A DNA stretch of 64,000 nt from the human T2T-CHM13v2.0 reference genome, Homo sapiens, in the NCBI RefSeq assembly GCF_009914755.1, contig NC_060938.1; one strand, given 5' to 3'. Positions 29,253-41,679 of the stretch are shown here, one piece after another (position 1 is the stretch's first letter; each line of letters begins with the position of its first letter). The notes beneath the pieces are model-generated. The model did not search any database and was not told the DNA's origin. It saw only the letters and a list, made by a program, of their open reading frames with translations. The position numbers and the translations under genes were made by a program.

Positions 29253-29400
29253 TGCTGAATAAGGGTCAGTGTGTGACAAAGTACTATCGCTGGATGCAGA
29301 AGAACGGAGGATATATTTGGATACAGTCCAGTGCCACCATAGCTATTAATGCCAAGAATGCAAATGAAAAGAATATCATCTGGGTGAATTACCTTCTTAG
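29253..29400 (+). CDS. NPAS3: NPAS3 coding exon (exon 10, 148 bp): PAS-B/PAC
   Basis: Acceptor ttttcgccag|TGCTG and donor CTTAG|gtatat. Translates (L)[48 protein letters not shown](S), a typical PAC motif. Confidence 0.97.
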
Positions 29401-32400
29401 GTATATTTTCTACTTCTTTTCTATTTCTGTCCTGGTTATAAAATATGCCATATAAAATATGGCTATGGTTAATAGCCGACATGTTGTGAATATTATCTTT
29501 TGACAGTACCTGGTGTGGAATTTCATGGCAATTCTGCTGTTCTTTCCACAAGATTCAAATAAATGTGAGAAGATCAAACTATGTTGGAAGGGACTTGCAG
29601 GAAAGATTTCAAGATTTTCAATCATTCTTGGTCTGTCAACATTTGGGCATCTCTGCAGAAGTTGCTTTGGTTTTCCCACAAATGCTTAGGCCAGAATAAT
29701 AGAGACTTCAGCCTACAGCTGAAGCATTCAAAAAGCATCTCCTCTTCCCCAGCACACACACACTCACACACTCCAGTTCTTGTGGAAATGAAGTAAAACA
29801 GAGCGGGAGAAAAGTGGCAGGGAACATTATATTCCTCTTATATTTCTTCCCTTTGATGCCCTTAGCATATTACATAGGGTTTGACTTCCTGGGCATTAAA
29901 GTTTTGGTAAACAAAGTGAGTTGCTTTGCCGGAATCAAACAATAGCGGTGTAAAAATGAAGGCAATTTTTTTTTTTTTTTTTGGCCCACTGCTTTGTGAT
30001 CTTTGGCAAGCTTTACTGCTCTTAAAATGTGTCCTTAACAGTCTATCTGCAAGTGAGCCCAAGCTCAACTGCTTCCTAAATTCTGGTGTGAGACACCATT
30101 TCTCTCCCCTTCCCAGTCTACATTCTGCCTTTGGATTCAAACTAGCAGAAAAGTAACCAAGACCCACAGATTGGGCCATCTTGAGTTTGGGGGCAGGCTT
30201 TCTGGGAAGTTCTCCACCAATCCTGCACTTGGCCTGGCTCCCTCCCACCCCCATCATTCTGGTCTTTGGCTTCTCCTGGCCTAAAGCCACCAAGCAGAGC
30301 CCACACGTGGTCTGAGTAGGAAAATTTCCAATAGGTCTTGGGAATGGAAGTTGGTGCCCTTTGGCTGATAATTTAGACAGGGAGTACCTGAATCCCATTT
30401 TTCTTTGAGACAGCCAAGTGGAGCTGGGAAGCTAACAACCATGGCTCATCAGCACACTGGCCCTTCAGAGTGTGTTCACATACTTTGGTGATGACTTGAA
30501 GGCATGAATGTGCTTGCTACCAACAGCATATCAATCAGACACTAATGATTATTGCTCTAGAGAGGGCCTTAATGTGCACCACTTAAAAGAGTCTTCATTT
30601 ATCTACTTTCTATTTCCTTTTTTTTGACCTCTTCTGCTCTACATTAATTCTCTCTAAAGGTAAAAGTATGTGTATTGAGTGTGGCTTTCTCCAAGGCCTG
30701 ATTTCCGTGCAAAGTCTCCCCCGTGTTTGTGATGTGTTCAAGATGAGTTCTGATATCAAGGAATCCTTGTACATAGAGTTTTATGGAATAATTACTATAG
30801 GGAATGCAGGTGGTTATAAAAACTCACATGCCAGACAGAAAATGGAATAAGGTCTTGTGGCACTGACATTCTTTTGCTAGGCAAAATGATATTGTGACAA
30901 GGAGACCCATCACCAGTAAGAATTAAACGCTGGAAACAGGCACCCTAGGGCTAGCAGTGTCTGGCTCCCATGTTGATGAAACATAGATACTGAAGTCATC
31001 TATGTAGTTGTTACTCCCATTCTCTGAGATTTCTTCCTATCTGGATCTTTCTTACTGCCTCATCAGCCTCATGACTTCCTCCTCTGCCCACAAATGCAAG
31101 GAGTAAGAAGAGCTAAGCAATCAGTCTCTGAATACCATTGATCTAGCCTAGGATCCGATGGTACAAACTCATGAGCTTTGGTGATTCTATTCCATCAAAT
31201 CCCATATGGATAGGAAGGAAGTTTAGGTATCAAAGACCAGTCTTCAACCTCAAAAGCTTCAATCTCAGGCATAGAAGACCTGTTTTAGCTGACCTAAAAA
31301 CACTCCCTGAAGTCAATGATAAAGGACTGTAAATTGTAGGGCAAGTGATCTGTGAGCCCCCAAAGAAGACTAAGGTAGATGGGCTTTAGCAGGGGAAACT
31401 CCACCAAGACAGCCATTTACTGGTATCACCTCTATAGGGTAAAGATCTAGTAAGAAAATGATGTGGCCCTGGCAATATAGCAACTACAGAAGTTTGGTTT
31501 TCTTTCCCACATTCTTGTCTATTATTCTTCCCTGAGCAATACTTTCACATCACTTCTTCCTGCCCAGAACCCTTGCACCCAGGCCCCAATCCAGGCTTGT
31601 CCTTCCCTGTTCTGAAACTACTGCTCCTCCAGTCTTCTTCCCATTCCCTCGTGATACTTAACAGAATTATAGACTCAGAGTATTCAGAGACGGAGTCCAC
31701 CTTCCCACCATTAGTCTCATCTGATTATCTAGAGAAAGCTTTGCTGCTGAAGCTAATTCACACGAAGGAGTAAATGCCTGATAATCCATTTTAGTGAATT
31801 ACCCCTCCCAGGAACATTTGCAGTTTTAGAGTAGTTACTGAAACAGTGACTCTTTACTATAGGAATTTCGCTAGAGATTAGCAAATGAGTCAGTAATCAT
31901 CAATTTTAAGTCTCTGCTTGGCTAGCCATCATGGAAAAATCGAAGAGGCATTTCCCATTTTGAAGCAGGAGGATTTCCTTGTGCCTTCAGATTACAGGAG
32001 CCTACTCTCCTCATCCATCAGGTGGCCTTGGAGTGGCATTTCCAGAAGACAGGTCAAACTGACTCAACATGCTCTCTCTTCCAAAAGAGCCTTGTTTCCA
32101 AACTAAAAATAGAACAAAAATTAAGCACATTTGTGCAAGTGAGGTTAGATCCCTTCTGTTAGGGCCTCTTTCACACTGGGACTCTCCCCACTGCAATCAG
32201 ATTTCCAGCTAACAAGCCACAGGTGTACACCACACGAGCAGATGAAAATGTGATTGTAATGGGTGTGTTGACAGTTTGGTAGCCATAATCCATGCATCCC
32301 AAGGTGCACCTGTGCATCTGTCAGATAGGCACCAAAGGCTCTGCTGCCCCACCAATAGCGTGGGAGCCATCTGAGCGGCTGAGAAGCTACATCAAGGGCC

Positions 32401-32813
32401 CAAAACAAAGGTACTGAGGCCATGGACTCATTAGGAGCCCAAGAGAAGACACGACACACCAGGAGACATGGGAATGAATTGTTGAGAGTACTTCTCATCC
32501 TCCCTTCCCCCAGGTGTACTGTCAAGCAGCACAGTTTCCTGACCCCCAGTGGTACCTGATTATTTAAAAGCTTCTCTCCATGGCTTTCAGGGATTTGGGT
32601 ATTCGATCATTGCAGCAGGGTGCACCTGTGCCTTGGCACATGCAAGCCAAGCTTCCATAAAATCCCATGAAGAGCTGAGAAATGATTTCATGTTTAGTCT
32701 TTGAAACTTTCTAAACTCCAGAAGTCTGGGACAAAGAAGTGGGGGAGAAGATGGTCCAAACAAACCATGCAGAATGGGTGTCTGCACTCCTGACCAGTGC
32801 CTCCCTTCCACAG

Positions 32814-32938
32814 CAATCCTGAGTACAAGGACACACCCATGGACATCGCACAGCTCCCCCATCTGCCGGAGAAAACTTCCGAATCCTCGGAGACATCCGA
32901 CTCTGAGTCAGACTCTAAAGACACCTCAGGTATTACAG
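32814..32938 (+). CDS. NPAS3: NPAS3 coding exon (exon 11, 125 bp; an alternative donor after 32929 gives 116 bp)
   Basis: Acceptor cttccacag|CAATCC. Translates (S)[41 protein letters not shown](E). Donor CAG|gtatta, phase 1. Confidence 0.95.
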
Positions 32939-33097
32939 GTATTATTCCTTCTTTTCCATGTTCTTCAGTGAAGCTTGCCCACCACGCGCAGGGGGTGGGC
33001 AACAGCCAGAGGGCCATCATCAGAGGCAAAGCAACTGGTCACATTTCAGAGAGACATATGTCACATCAAGTTATTACTGAGTGTCTGCCTCTCTCCA

Positions 33098-33258
33098 GAC
33101 ACACATATATATAATTGTACACCACTACATACCTGTATGTACTATATAGGTATATATACACACAATACATATAGATATGTAGTGCTGGATAAATACATCT
33201 GTGTGTGTGTATATATATACATATATATATATATATGTTTTTGTGTGTATATATACTC
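33098..33258. repeat. Compound (TA)n/(TG)n/(CA)n microsatellite
   Basis: Directly visible, 160 bp downstream of exon 11. Confidence 0.85.
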
Positions 33259-34217
33259 ACAGAACAAAGAGATCTTTTGAGATCTGACAGATCTCTTTCT
33301 TTAAATATACAGAAAGAGATTGATTGCTATTAGCAATCACTTAATGTCAATCCACTGGCCATACAGAAGGAGCCCTGCTCTAACCTCATAGCTAGCTCTC
33401 GGCCTCTACTAAAGGCAGGTACTAGGGCCAGCTCCAAGAGAGTCTGTGACTTTGAGCCCCAAATATTCACATTCCCACCAAGCTGGGACTGAGCCTCTAA
33501 AGTAGGGTACTTAATGGCATCGATCAATGCCTCTTTCAGGGTGCTGGACTGTTACTTATTTCCTGAATCTATGCAGAACAAACGCATGCATTTTCATTTC
33601 CTTTGGGGAAGCGGACTTCCTGAGTAGTTCTTTGGGACACTGAAAATTAGTATAAAAATTTGCTTTTCATCCCATCCCCAGCCCTCTTCCAGAGACACAC
33701 ATAAGGCCAGGGAGCACTAAACTTGTAGGATTTTTACAGCTGCAAGAAAATCCTACACCTCTTTTAACCCTACCTCTTCTGCTACAGAAGGGGAGGCAAT
33801 GACCACAACTTCTAGTCCAGGCTGCCAGTCAGGCTTCTTCCCTCCATGTTCAGACGCTGTGTTACTGGAAAAATCTGTTCTTTCAAAAATGTGGCAGCTA
33901 GGTTTTCCTGACAACCCCCTTCTTGAGGGCACCTGTGCTCCAGCATTGTAAACATGTATCCCTTCCTCCAGACCCAGCTTCAGGGAGGCGGAAGGAGGGC
34001 AGAGCACTCAAGGCAGATCTTCATTGTCCTCCTCTCCCTAAATTGCATTAATTTGAAAGTTCTTGACAAAGACATTAAAAGTTCTAGAATTGGTAGTCTC
34101 TGCCCCTTTTTAATACAGTGCATAGTTGTGAACAAAACAAAGGAAAATTCCTAGCCCATTGAGCTTATATACTAGTGGGAAGAAGAGACAAGTAAATAAA
34201 ACTAAAATATACAGTGA

Positions 34218-34534
34218 GGTGGCAGGGTGGCTCATGCCTGTAATCCCAGCACTTTGGGAGGCTGAGGTGGGCGCATTGCTTGAGTCCAGGAGTTTGAGAG
34301 CAGCCTGGGCAACGTGGCAAGACCCTGTCTCTACAAAAAAAAAAAAAAAAAAAAAATCAGCCACGTGTGGTGGTGGGCACCTCTGGTCTTAGCCACTCGG
34401 GAGGCTGAGGCAGAAGGATCGTTTGAGCCGGGGAGGGCAAGGTTGTAGTGAGCAGTGACCACCCTGCTGCACTCCAGCCTGAGGGACAGAGGGAGACCCT
34501 GCCAAAAATAATAATAATAAATAATAAAAATAAA
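34218..34534 (+). mobile_element. AluJ-like element
   Basis: Diverged dimer with an expanded middle A tract and (AAT)n tail. TSD atatacagtga. Confidence 0.9.
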
Positions 34535-34734
34535 GATATACAGTGAATCAGATGGTGGTAAGTGCTGTGGGGGAGAATAACTTATGGAATAGAAAGGAGA
34601 GTGGCTCTCAGTAATGAACAAATATTCACCAAGGGAAAATGCAGACTCTTTAGAAAGTCACCTTGCATGCCATCATTTTTCTGTGTCACACCTTAATCCA
34701 GGTTATTTAACCTGACTTCCTGAGTATCTTTGTG

Positions 34735-34890
34735 GGACTTCTTAAACTTGAATGTGCCTGAGAATCACCTGGGGGTCATATTCCAACGCAGAATCTGATT
34801 CAGTCTACCTGGGTGGGAGCAGAGAGTCTGCATTTGCAGCGGGTGTCCAGATGATTGCCAATGCTGCTGGCCCGCACTTTGAGTAACCAT
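34735..34890. mobile_element. MER5A1-like relic
   Basis: cttcttaaacttgaatgtgcctgagaatcacctgggg...cactttgagtaac. Confidence 0.65.
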
Positions 34891-34959
34891 CCAGCTAACC
34901 CAGGCCCTCAGCAGAGAGAAAGCCCAGGTCTTAAGTCCTCTGAAGGTGATGGAGAAGCC

Positions 34960-36600
34960 CGTGATGAGGACGGACACTTGCCCTGCTCCCCGCCCCAGCC
35001 CCTGCAGGTGACAGGCTGGGTCGCCCCGCTAACCTGGTGTCTTCTCTCTCTTCTCTCTCCGCCCCCGCCACCGCCGGCCCCCCGCCCCACACAGAGGACA
35101 ACGAGAACTCCAAGTCCGACGAGAAGGGGAACCAGTCCGAGAACAGCGAAGACCCGGAGCCCGACCGGAAGAAGTCGGGCAACGCGTGTGACAACGACAT
35201 GAACTGCAACGACGACGGCCACAGCTCCAGTAACCCGGACAGCCGCGACAGCGACGACAGCTTCGAGCACTCGGACTTTGAGAACCCCAAGGCGGGCGAG
35301 GACGGCTTCGGTGCTCTGGGCGCGATGCAGATCAAGGTGGAGCGCTACGTGGAGAGCGAGTCGGACCTGCGGCTGCAGAACTGCGAGTCACTCACGTCCG
35401 ACAGCGCCAAGGACTCGGACAGCGCAGGCGAGGCGGGCGCGCAGGCCTCCAGCAAGCACCAGAAGCGCAAGAAAAGGCGGAAACGGCAAAAGGGCGGCAG
35501 CGCCAGCCGCCGGCGCCTGTCCAGCGCGTCGAGCCCAGGCGGCCTGGACGCGGGCCTGGTGGAGCCCCCGCGGCTGCTGTCCTCCCCCAACAGTGCCTCG
35601 GTGCTCAAGATCAAGACGGAGATCTCAGAACCCATCAATTTCGACAATGACAGCAGCATCTGGAACTACCCGCCCAACCGGGAGATCTCCAGGAACGAGT
35701 CCCCCTACAGCATGACCAAGCCCCCCAGCTCTGAGCACTTCCCGTCCCCGCAGGGCGGCGGCGGTGGGGGTGGCGGTGGCGGGGGGCTGCACGTGGCCAT
35801 TCCCGACTCGGTCCTCACCCCGCCCGGCGCCGACGGCGCGGCCGCCCGCAAGACTCAGTTCGGCGCCTCGGCCACCGCGGCCCTGGCCCCCGTCGCCTCC
35901 GACCCGCTGTCACCCCCGCTCTCGGCGTCCCCGCGGGACAAGCACCCCGGGAACGGCGGCGGGGGCGGGGGCGGGGGCGGCGGCGCGGGGGGCGGCGGCC
36001 CCAGCGCGTCCAACTCCTTGCTGTACACTGGGGACCTGGAGGCGCTGCAGAGGTTGCAGGCGGGCAACGTCGTGCTCCCGCTGGTGCACAGGGTGACCGG
36101 GACCCTGGCCGCCACCAGCACGGCCGCGCAGAGGGTCTACACCACGGGCACCATCCGCTACGCGCCCGCCGAGGTGACCCTGGCCATGCAGAGCAACCTG
36201 CTGCCCAACGCGCACGCTGTTAACTTCGTGGACGTTAACAGCCCCGGCTTTGGCCTCGACCCCAAGACGCCCATGGAGATGCTCTACCACCACGTGCACC
36301 GGCTCAACATGTCAGGACCGTTCGGCGGCGCAGTGAGCGCAGCTAGCCTGACGCAGATGCCCGCCGGCAACGTGTTCACCACGGCCGAGGGACTCTTCTC
36401 CACGCTGCCCTTCCCCGTCTACAGCAACGGCATCCACGCGGCACAGACTCTGGAGCGCAAGGAGGACTGAGGCGCCGCCCGTCCTGGGCCCGGCCAGGCC
36501 CCGCTTGGAGGAGGCATCGTCGGCATTTTCGTTTAGACCTTTAATTCTAGCACTTTGAATTCGAGCAGGTCAGCGTCTTCTCTCGCCACGACGGTCCCCA
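34960..36600. promoter_or_regulatory. Intragenic CpG island over the last coding exon
   Basis: Abrupt switch to very GC- and CpG-rich sequence against an AT-rich, CpG-depleted background. Confidence 0.85.
35095..36470 (+). CDS. NPAS3: NPAS3 terminal coding exon (exon 12 CDS): acidic/Ser-rich region, basic cluster, poly-Gly tracts, C-terminal transactivation region
   Basis: Acceptor cacacag|AGGAC. Long [14 protein letters not shown]...[10 protein letters not shown] with strong GC3 bias and stop TGA ending at 36470. Confidence 0.97.
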
Positions 36601-37737
36601 TTCCACCCCCTCTTTCTTTCACCTGACTTATTCTTTCGTGTAAAGATATGTTTATTTTTTGCCTTCAGAGGGTCAGACGACCAGTTGCCTGCCGTTTTGT
36701 CTTCTTCTAAGGTGTGTGTTGGGTTGTTTTGCTTTCCTTTGCATCTTTATTAAGATGTCTTTCATGTGTATATGCCTCTGCCATAGAATACTCAGTCTTG
36801 TGGTCAAGAGAGTTCTCAAGTGACAACCATTGGGGTTTCTTCATAAAGATCTTGATATGATCAAGATGGAAAGAGACAAGCATAAACAATGTGCCCTGTT
36901 TGACTAAGTCAAATGAAATAGGGTGGTTTTTGTTTCTGTTCCTAATTCCTTTAAAAAATAGGGGGAATAGTATTTTAGAATTTTATGCAGAATTTAATTC
37001 TCTTTTTACGGTTAAGATTTTAAGATTTTCTTACTTGCACATAAAAATAATTTGGGTTCTTAAACTTAATTTCTGGCCTGTGACTAGAATGTTTAAAAAA
37101 AAAAAAGTCGGACTAAATGTTAATTACTGAAACATTAACTTAATTTCTAAAACCATGGTGCTATCATTTATTAATCTGTAATGTCTTCATACAAAATGCA
37201 GCTCCTGGGCTGGGTTTTGGGGGAAAAAAAAAAAATGTGTTCTGTCCTGGTCTGGAGTCCGTTGCTGCAGTCTCCTTGGTTAGTTAAGACAAAGCCCTCA
37301 TTAACGTTTGCTGCAGGACTTAAAATTTTTTACCTCCCAACTAACAAACATAGCCTCACATTAAATTTAATGGGTCAGTAAAGCCCCTTTTAAAGGGGCT
37401 GCTGGAAAACTCAATCAAACTGATTTGAGGAGCAGTTTAGGTACATACTGCCTTTTGTTTAGCTTTTTGTTTTCCTTACTCAGTCTAACTGAGGCTAATT
37501 TTGCAACTTCAATAACACTTCGGAGTAAAAGAAGGAAAATATTTAACATGTTTTTGGTTTTTTTCATTTCTTGCTTAAAACAAAAAGGAAGGTTGTATTT
37601 GGGGGGACTGGTTTGATTTGATGGAATTTCTTTCCCTTTGGTTCTTATTTCTGGGTTGAAACCAATAAGTTTTAAAACTAAAGAATGGGTTAATAAGCTT
37701 CAGACAGATAACTGCAACTGAAAACTGCACATTAAGT

Positions 37738-37784
37738 AAAAAAAAAAAAAAAGAAAAAAAAAAGAAAAAGAAAAAGAAAAAAAA
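37738..37784 (+). repeat. A-rich tract within the 3' UTR
   Basis: About 46 nt of A interrupted by a few G. Confidence 0.9.
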
Positions 37785-39509
37785 TCCTATTTTGTCTTTG
37801 TTGCCAGAAATCAGTGTGGTGTCAAACACTCCAAATGACTGTCAAGTATAAATTCTTCTTCCACTTCATTTTTGGCAGCTGTTTGTTAAGGCATCTAATA
37901 ACAGATGTGAGAACTGTAATGTGTACAATGTGTATGTGTCCTTGGCTGTCAGTCCCATTGCAGTTTCAATGTGTGTTTCTATATGCAGTATATACTAAGC
38001 TAATGTAGTTGTTTTGTCCTTTGTCTTATCTGTGCTCTATCTCTAGTCCGGAGTGGTACAGTCCCATTCCTGCAGTCCTAGTGAATCAGTGATTCTTGGG
38101 GGTTAGTGGGTTTTGTGTGGTGGCCTTCCTCTGTAATGTCACCCTATGCTGCTTCTACTGTCTGTGAATCTTCCGTTTTACCTTTTAAAATTCCTGCTGT
38201 TGCTTTGCTGGTGTATATTCTCCCTACCTCTCCTCTCTTTCCCTCCCTTTCCCATCTCCCCCTCTCCCTCCTCTTCATTCCTTCCCCATCCCCAAAATCT
38301 CTTTCATTCTCAGAGATAAAAAGACTCTTAACTAGCTCAAGGTTAATGGAGCCATTTTTCCCACAACGGAATTCTGGGTATGACTCTGTCTTCTGGAGTG
38401 CAACACAAAGCACTGAAGAATAATGCTCAGATATATTAAATAAATTGATGCCATATAGCCTCAGTTGTTAACATTCCCAGAGTCCCTTGTGCTCTACCTA
38501 TAAGCAGTGGGTGCTTTTCTTTGGTTTCCTTTCAGGTTGGCTGATGGAGCAATATATAAAGCAATTACCAGTGAGACAGAAAATTCTTTCAAAGGTCAAC
38601 CAACATTTTTAAGAAACAAAATGGGAGGGGATAATGGAATCTAGAATTGTCATATATATTTGTTTACTTGTGCAATGCTAATATAGTAACTCGGCTGTCC
38701 TTTGAATATCACTGTGTTGAGTAGATTCCTCTAGGACCTTTGATTTCATGAGTTGGGCCCAAACCGTGGTGGAATAATAACAAAAAGAAGTTAAATGCCA
38801 CAAATTTTAATAGTGAGCTTACTTGAAGGATTTAAGTAGGTTTAGGAGGTGAAGAAGGCCGATGGAGAAATTTACAGATTAATTTTGGAAGCTCTACTCT
38901 AGCTATCGAACAATCAAAGGAATGCACCTATCAGCTACAAAGAACAGCTAGACAGCTGTTTTTTTTCTTTTATAAATGTTTCTGTGTTGTGTCAAAATGA
39001 TTTCTGGTGATTTAAACTAACAGATAATCACAGCTGCTGTCTAAATTCATAGTGTTGAAAATTACAAAATGAAAAAAAAAAAAAAACACTTCATTACCTG
39101 TGAAGACTGTGTCTGTGTTTTTAACTATTTCTTGTACAAATATATGAAAACTTTTATGAGGAGACTGGTGCCAAGTAGCTGAATAATGGGGAAAGGGATA
39201 TTCTGTTCGTAAAAATCTTAGCAGTGTTACCAACTCTACGATATATATATAAAAAAATAATTAAAACGTTACAAAGCGACAGCTATGGTACATTTGTTTT
39301 GTGTGAAGCTAACCGGACCTAACTTCCTGAGTGCCTGGCTTATTTTGAAACATTTTTTTTCATTGACCATTGATAATGCTGCAAATCAGAAATGTACATA
39401 CTTCATTTACAACAGGGTTCTTTTTATACTTTTGTAGATTCTCATACATGTCACATACATGGTTGTCTTTATGTAACTTAATTTTTTCATCCGCAGGTGC
39501 CATTTTCAT

Positions 39510-39515
39510 AATAAA
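39510..39515 (+). terminator. Polyadenylation signal AATAAA (likely main NPAS3 site)
   Basis: cattttcatAATAAActtctcttgg, with upstream TGTA elements and a downstream T-rich tract. Confidence 0.7.
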
Positions 39516-41365
39516 CTTCTCTTGGATTTGTTACTATCTGGCATCATTTCTTTTACATGTAACCATCCTGACTAATGAATGCTGGTAGTATTTGTTTAAG
39601 CAGGTACCTTGGTCATTATTCTTTATTTAAAAAAAAAAGAAAAAGTAAAAAAAATGCATTCATATTTTTGCTAGTTTTGGAAAAAATATATAGCTTGTGT
39701 ACTGATGAGGCTGACAAGGCACATAATAAGATGCTAATCCAAATACTACACCAAACTTGCAACCATCCTAAATTTTCAGCTACCCCAATTCATTGTCATA
39801 CTGAGCATTATTATGCACATTATCAAAGCTGAACAATGGGCCTGCAACATTAACCACTATGGGAAGTGTGTATTTTTTGATTAATGCACAGTAAGTGATG
39901 ACAGTTTTCATACATTAATCATTTAAAATGCACTCAATATTTTCATTTATTACAATCTATAATGTATAACCAACTGTTCCATTGCTTATATCTTCTTTTT
40001 ATACTAAATATGCATTTTCTTTCTCCAGACAAGCTGATTAAGTCATGTTCATGCTGCATTATGGTTAGGGTAGCATGTGGCCTGTTACGTTTTAAGGCAG
40101 GTCAGCTGCTTACTCTTTAAAAAAAAAACAAAGTGTCACCCATTGTCTCAAAGTTAAGGATAAGGTAGGTCAACTCTTAAGTCTGTGATCTCCAAAAACT
40201 GGAATATGAATGGGCTGAGCTGGGGGAGTTGGGGAGGGGAGGCAAACACTTTCGTCCAGAAGCTACTAAAAATAATAAATATCATTTCCCTAGTTTAAGT
40301 CTTCAGTGACGTTAGCCAATGTGGGGGTTGTTTTTTTATTGATGGAAGAAAGCTTCAGACTGGTGAACATAGAAGCGTGGTTAGGGCTGAAGAGCTCTGG
40401 ATTTCTCTACTGTGCCCTAGATGGGTCTTCAGAATAAGTACTTAAAATAGGGAATAGGGAGAGGCTAATTGAGAACACAGAATTGGGTGTGCCGAACCAC
40501 TTTTCTAAAATTTCTTCCCCTTTTGCTCTTTAGAGTCAGAAGGATATAGTATAGCAAGATTGAGAAGTCAAAAACTGAGGTAGCTGGAGACTATGCTGAG
40601 TGGATTATGGTGAGTGATGAAGCCAGCTTACCCAAGCCACCCTGTCTAGTAGGTCTTGATGGAACTGGTTGTGAGTGCAGGCTTTCAGAGCTTTGCATGG
40701 GGCAGGGTCCCACAAGGCAGAGGGGTGCTTGTCTGAGTGTGGGACTGGCTAATGCTGTTGATCAGCCATAACACTTTGCTTCTGGACATTCCTGCAGCCT
40801 TGTGAGCTGGAGGTGGTAGCAATGAGGGTTGAAATGGGAAGCAGGACAGGTGATGGGTGAATTGAAATCCTCACAGTATTTGGTGCTTCTGCAGTAGAAG
40901 TGGTGGAAATCCTGGATTCTTATCCAAACTCAAGCCTCTCTTAGCATCAGCAAGTTCCCTGTCCTTTATGTGTATCCATCAATGCTAAAATAGGTCACTA
41001 ATGAAATAAAGAACATCTTTCAGCTAGAAAGAGTGAGTGAGCTCTGGGCTCAGACTCATTGATAATCAGGAAGCCCTGCCACCTCCTCAGCCCCAGTGCT
41101 GGCAACCAGACCAGAGCCCTGAGCTCCCCAGAAGTACAGGACTTCGTTGCCAGGCTGGCAGCAAGTCAACTGGTCAAGGCTCTAGTCTCCAGGTGACAGA
41201 ACAGGGGCCAACAGCCAGCTCTCTGTAGCTCCTCCCTTCTTCCTCCCAGCTGATACTTAAACTAATTTATTTGGCAATGAGGAACAAGACAATTTTTAAA
41301 TAAAAACAGCAGGCGGGACAAGAGGGAACATATACATTCAGTTGAGCACAAAAAACTGGTTTTAA

Positions 41366-41679
<314 letters not shown>

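Larger units (their letters stand above)
36471..39535 (+). other. NPAS3: NPAS3 3' UTR (~3.1 kb, AU-rich, no recognisable transposon)
   Basis: Follows the stop codon and ends near AATAAA 39510-39515. Several UGUA motifs lie upstream and U-rich sequence downstream. The exact cleavage site is inferred. Confidence 0.75.

Noticed and set aside
29862-30398. 178-aa minus-strand ORF
   Set aside because: It has a non-ATG start, crosses a homopolymer, and shows no recognisable domain or codon bias.
35037-35094. 5' extension of the 477-aa ORF as an independent gene start
   Set aside because: It has a non-ATG start inside the intron pyrimidine tract. The real frame enters by splicing at 35095.
34855-36299. 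Several overlapping and antisense ORFs of 88-145 aa over exon 12
   Set aside because: These are the expected result of stop-codon scarcity in GC-rich, GC3-biased coding DNA. They have no independent support.
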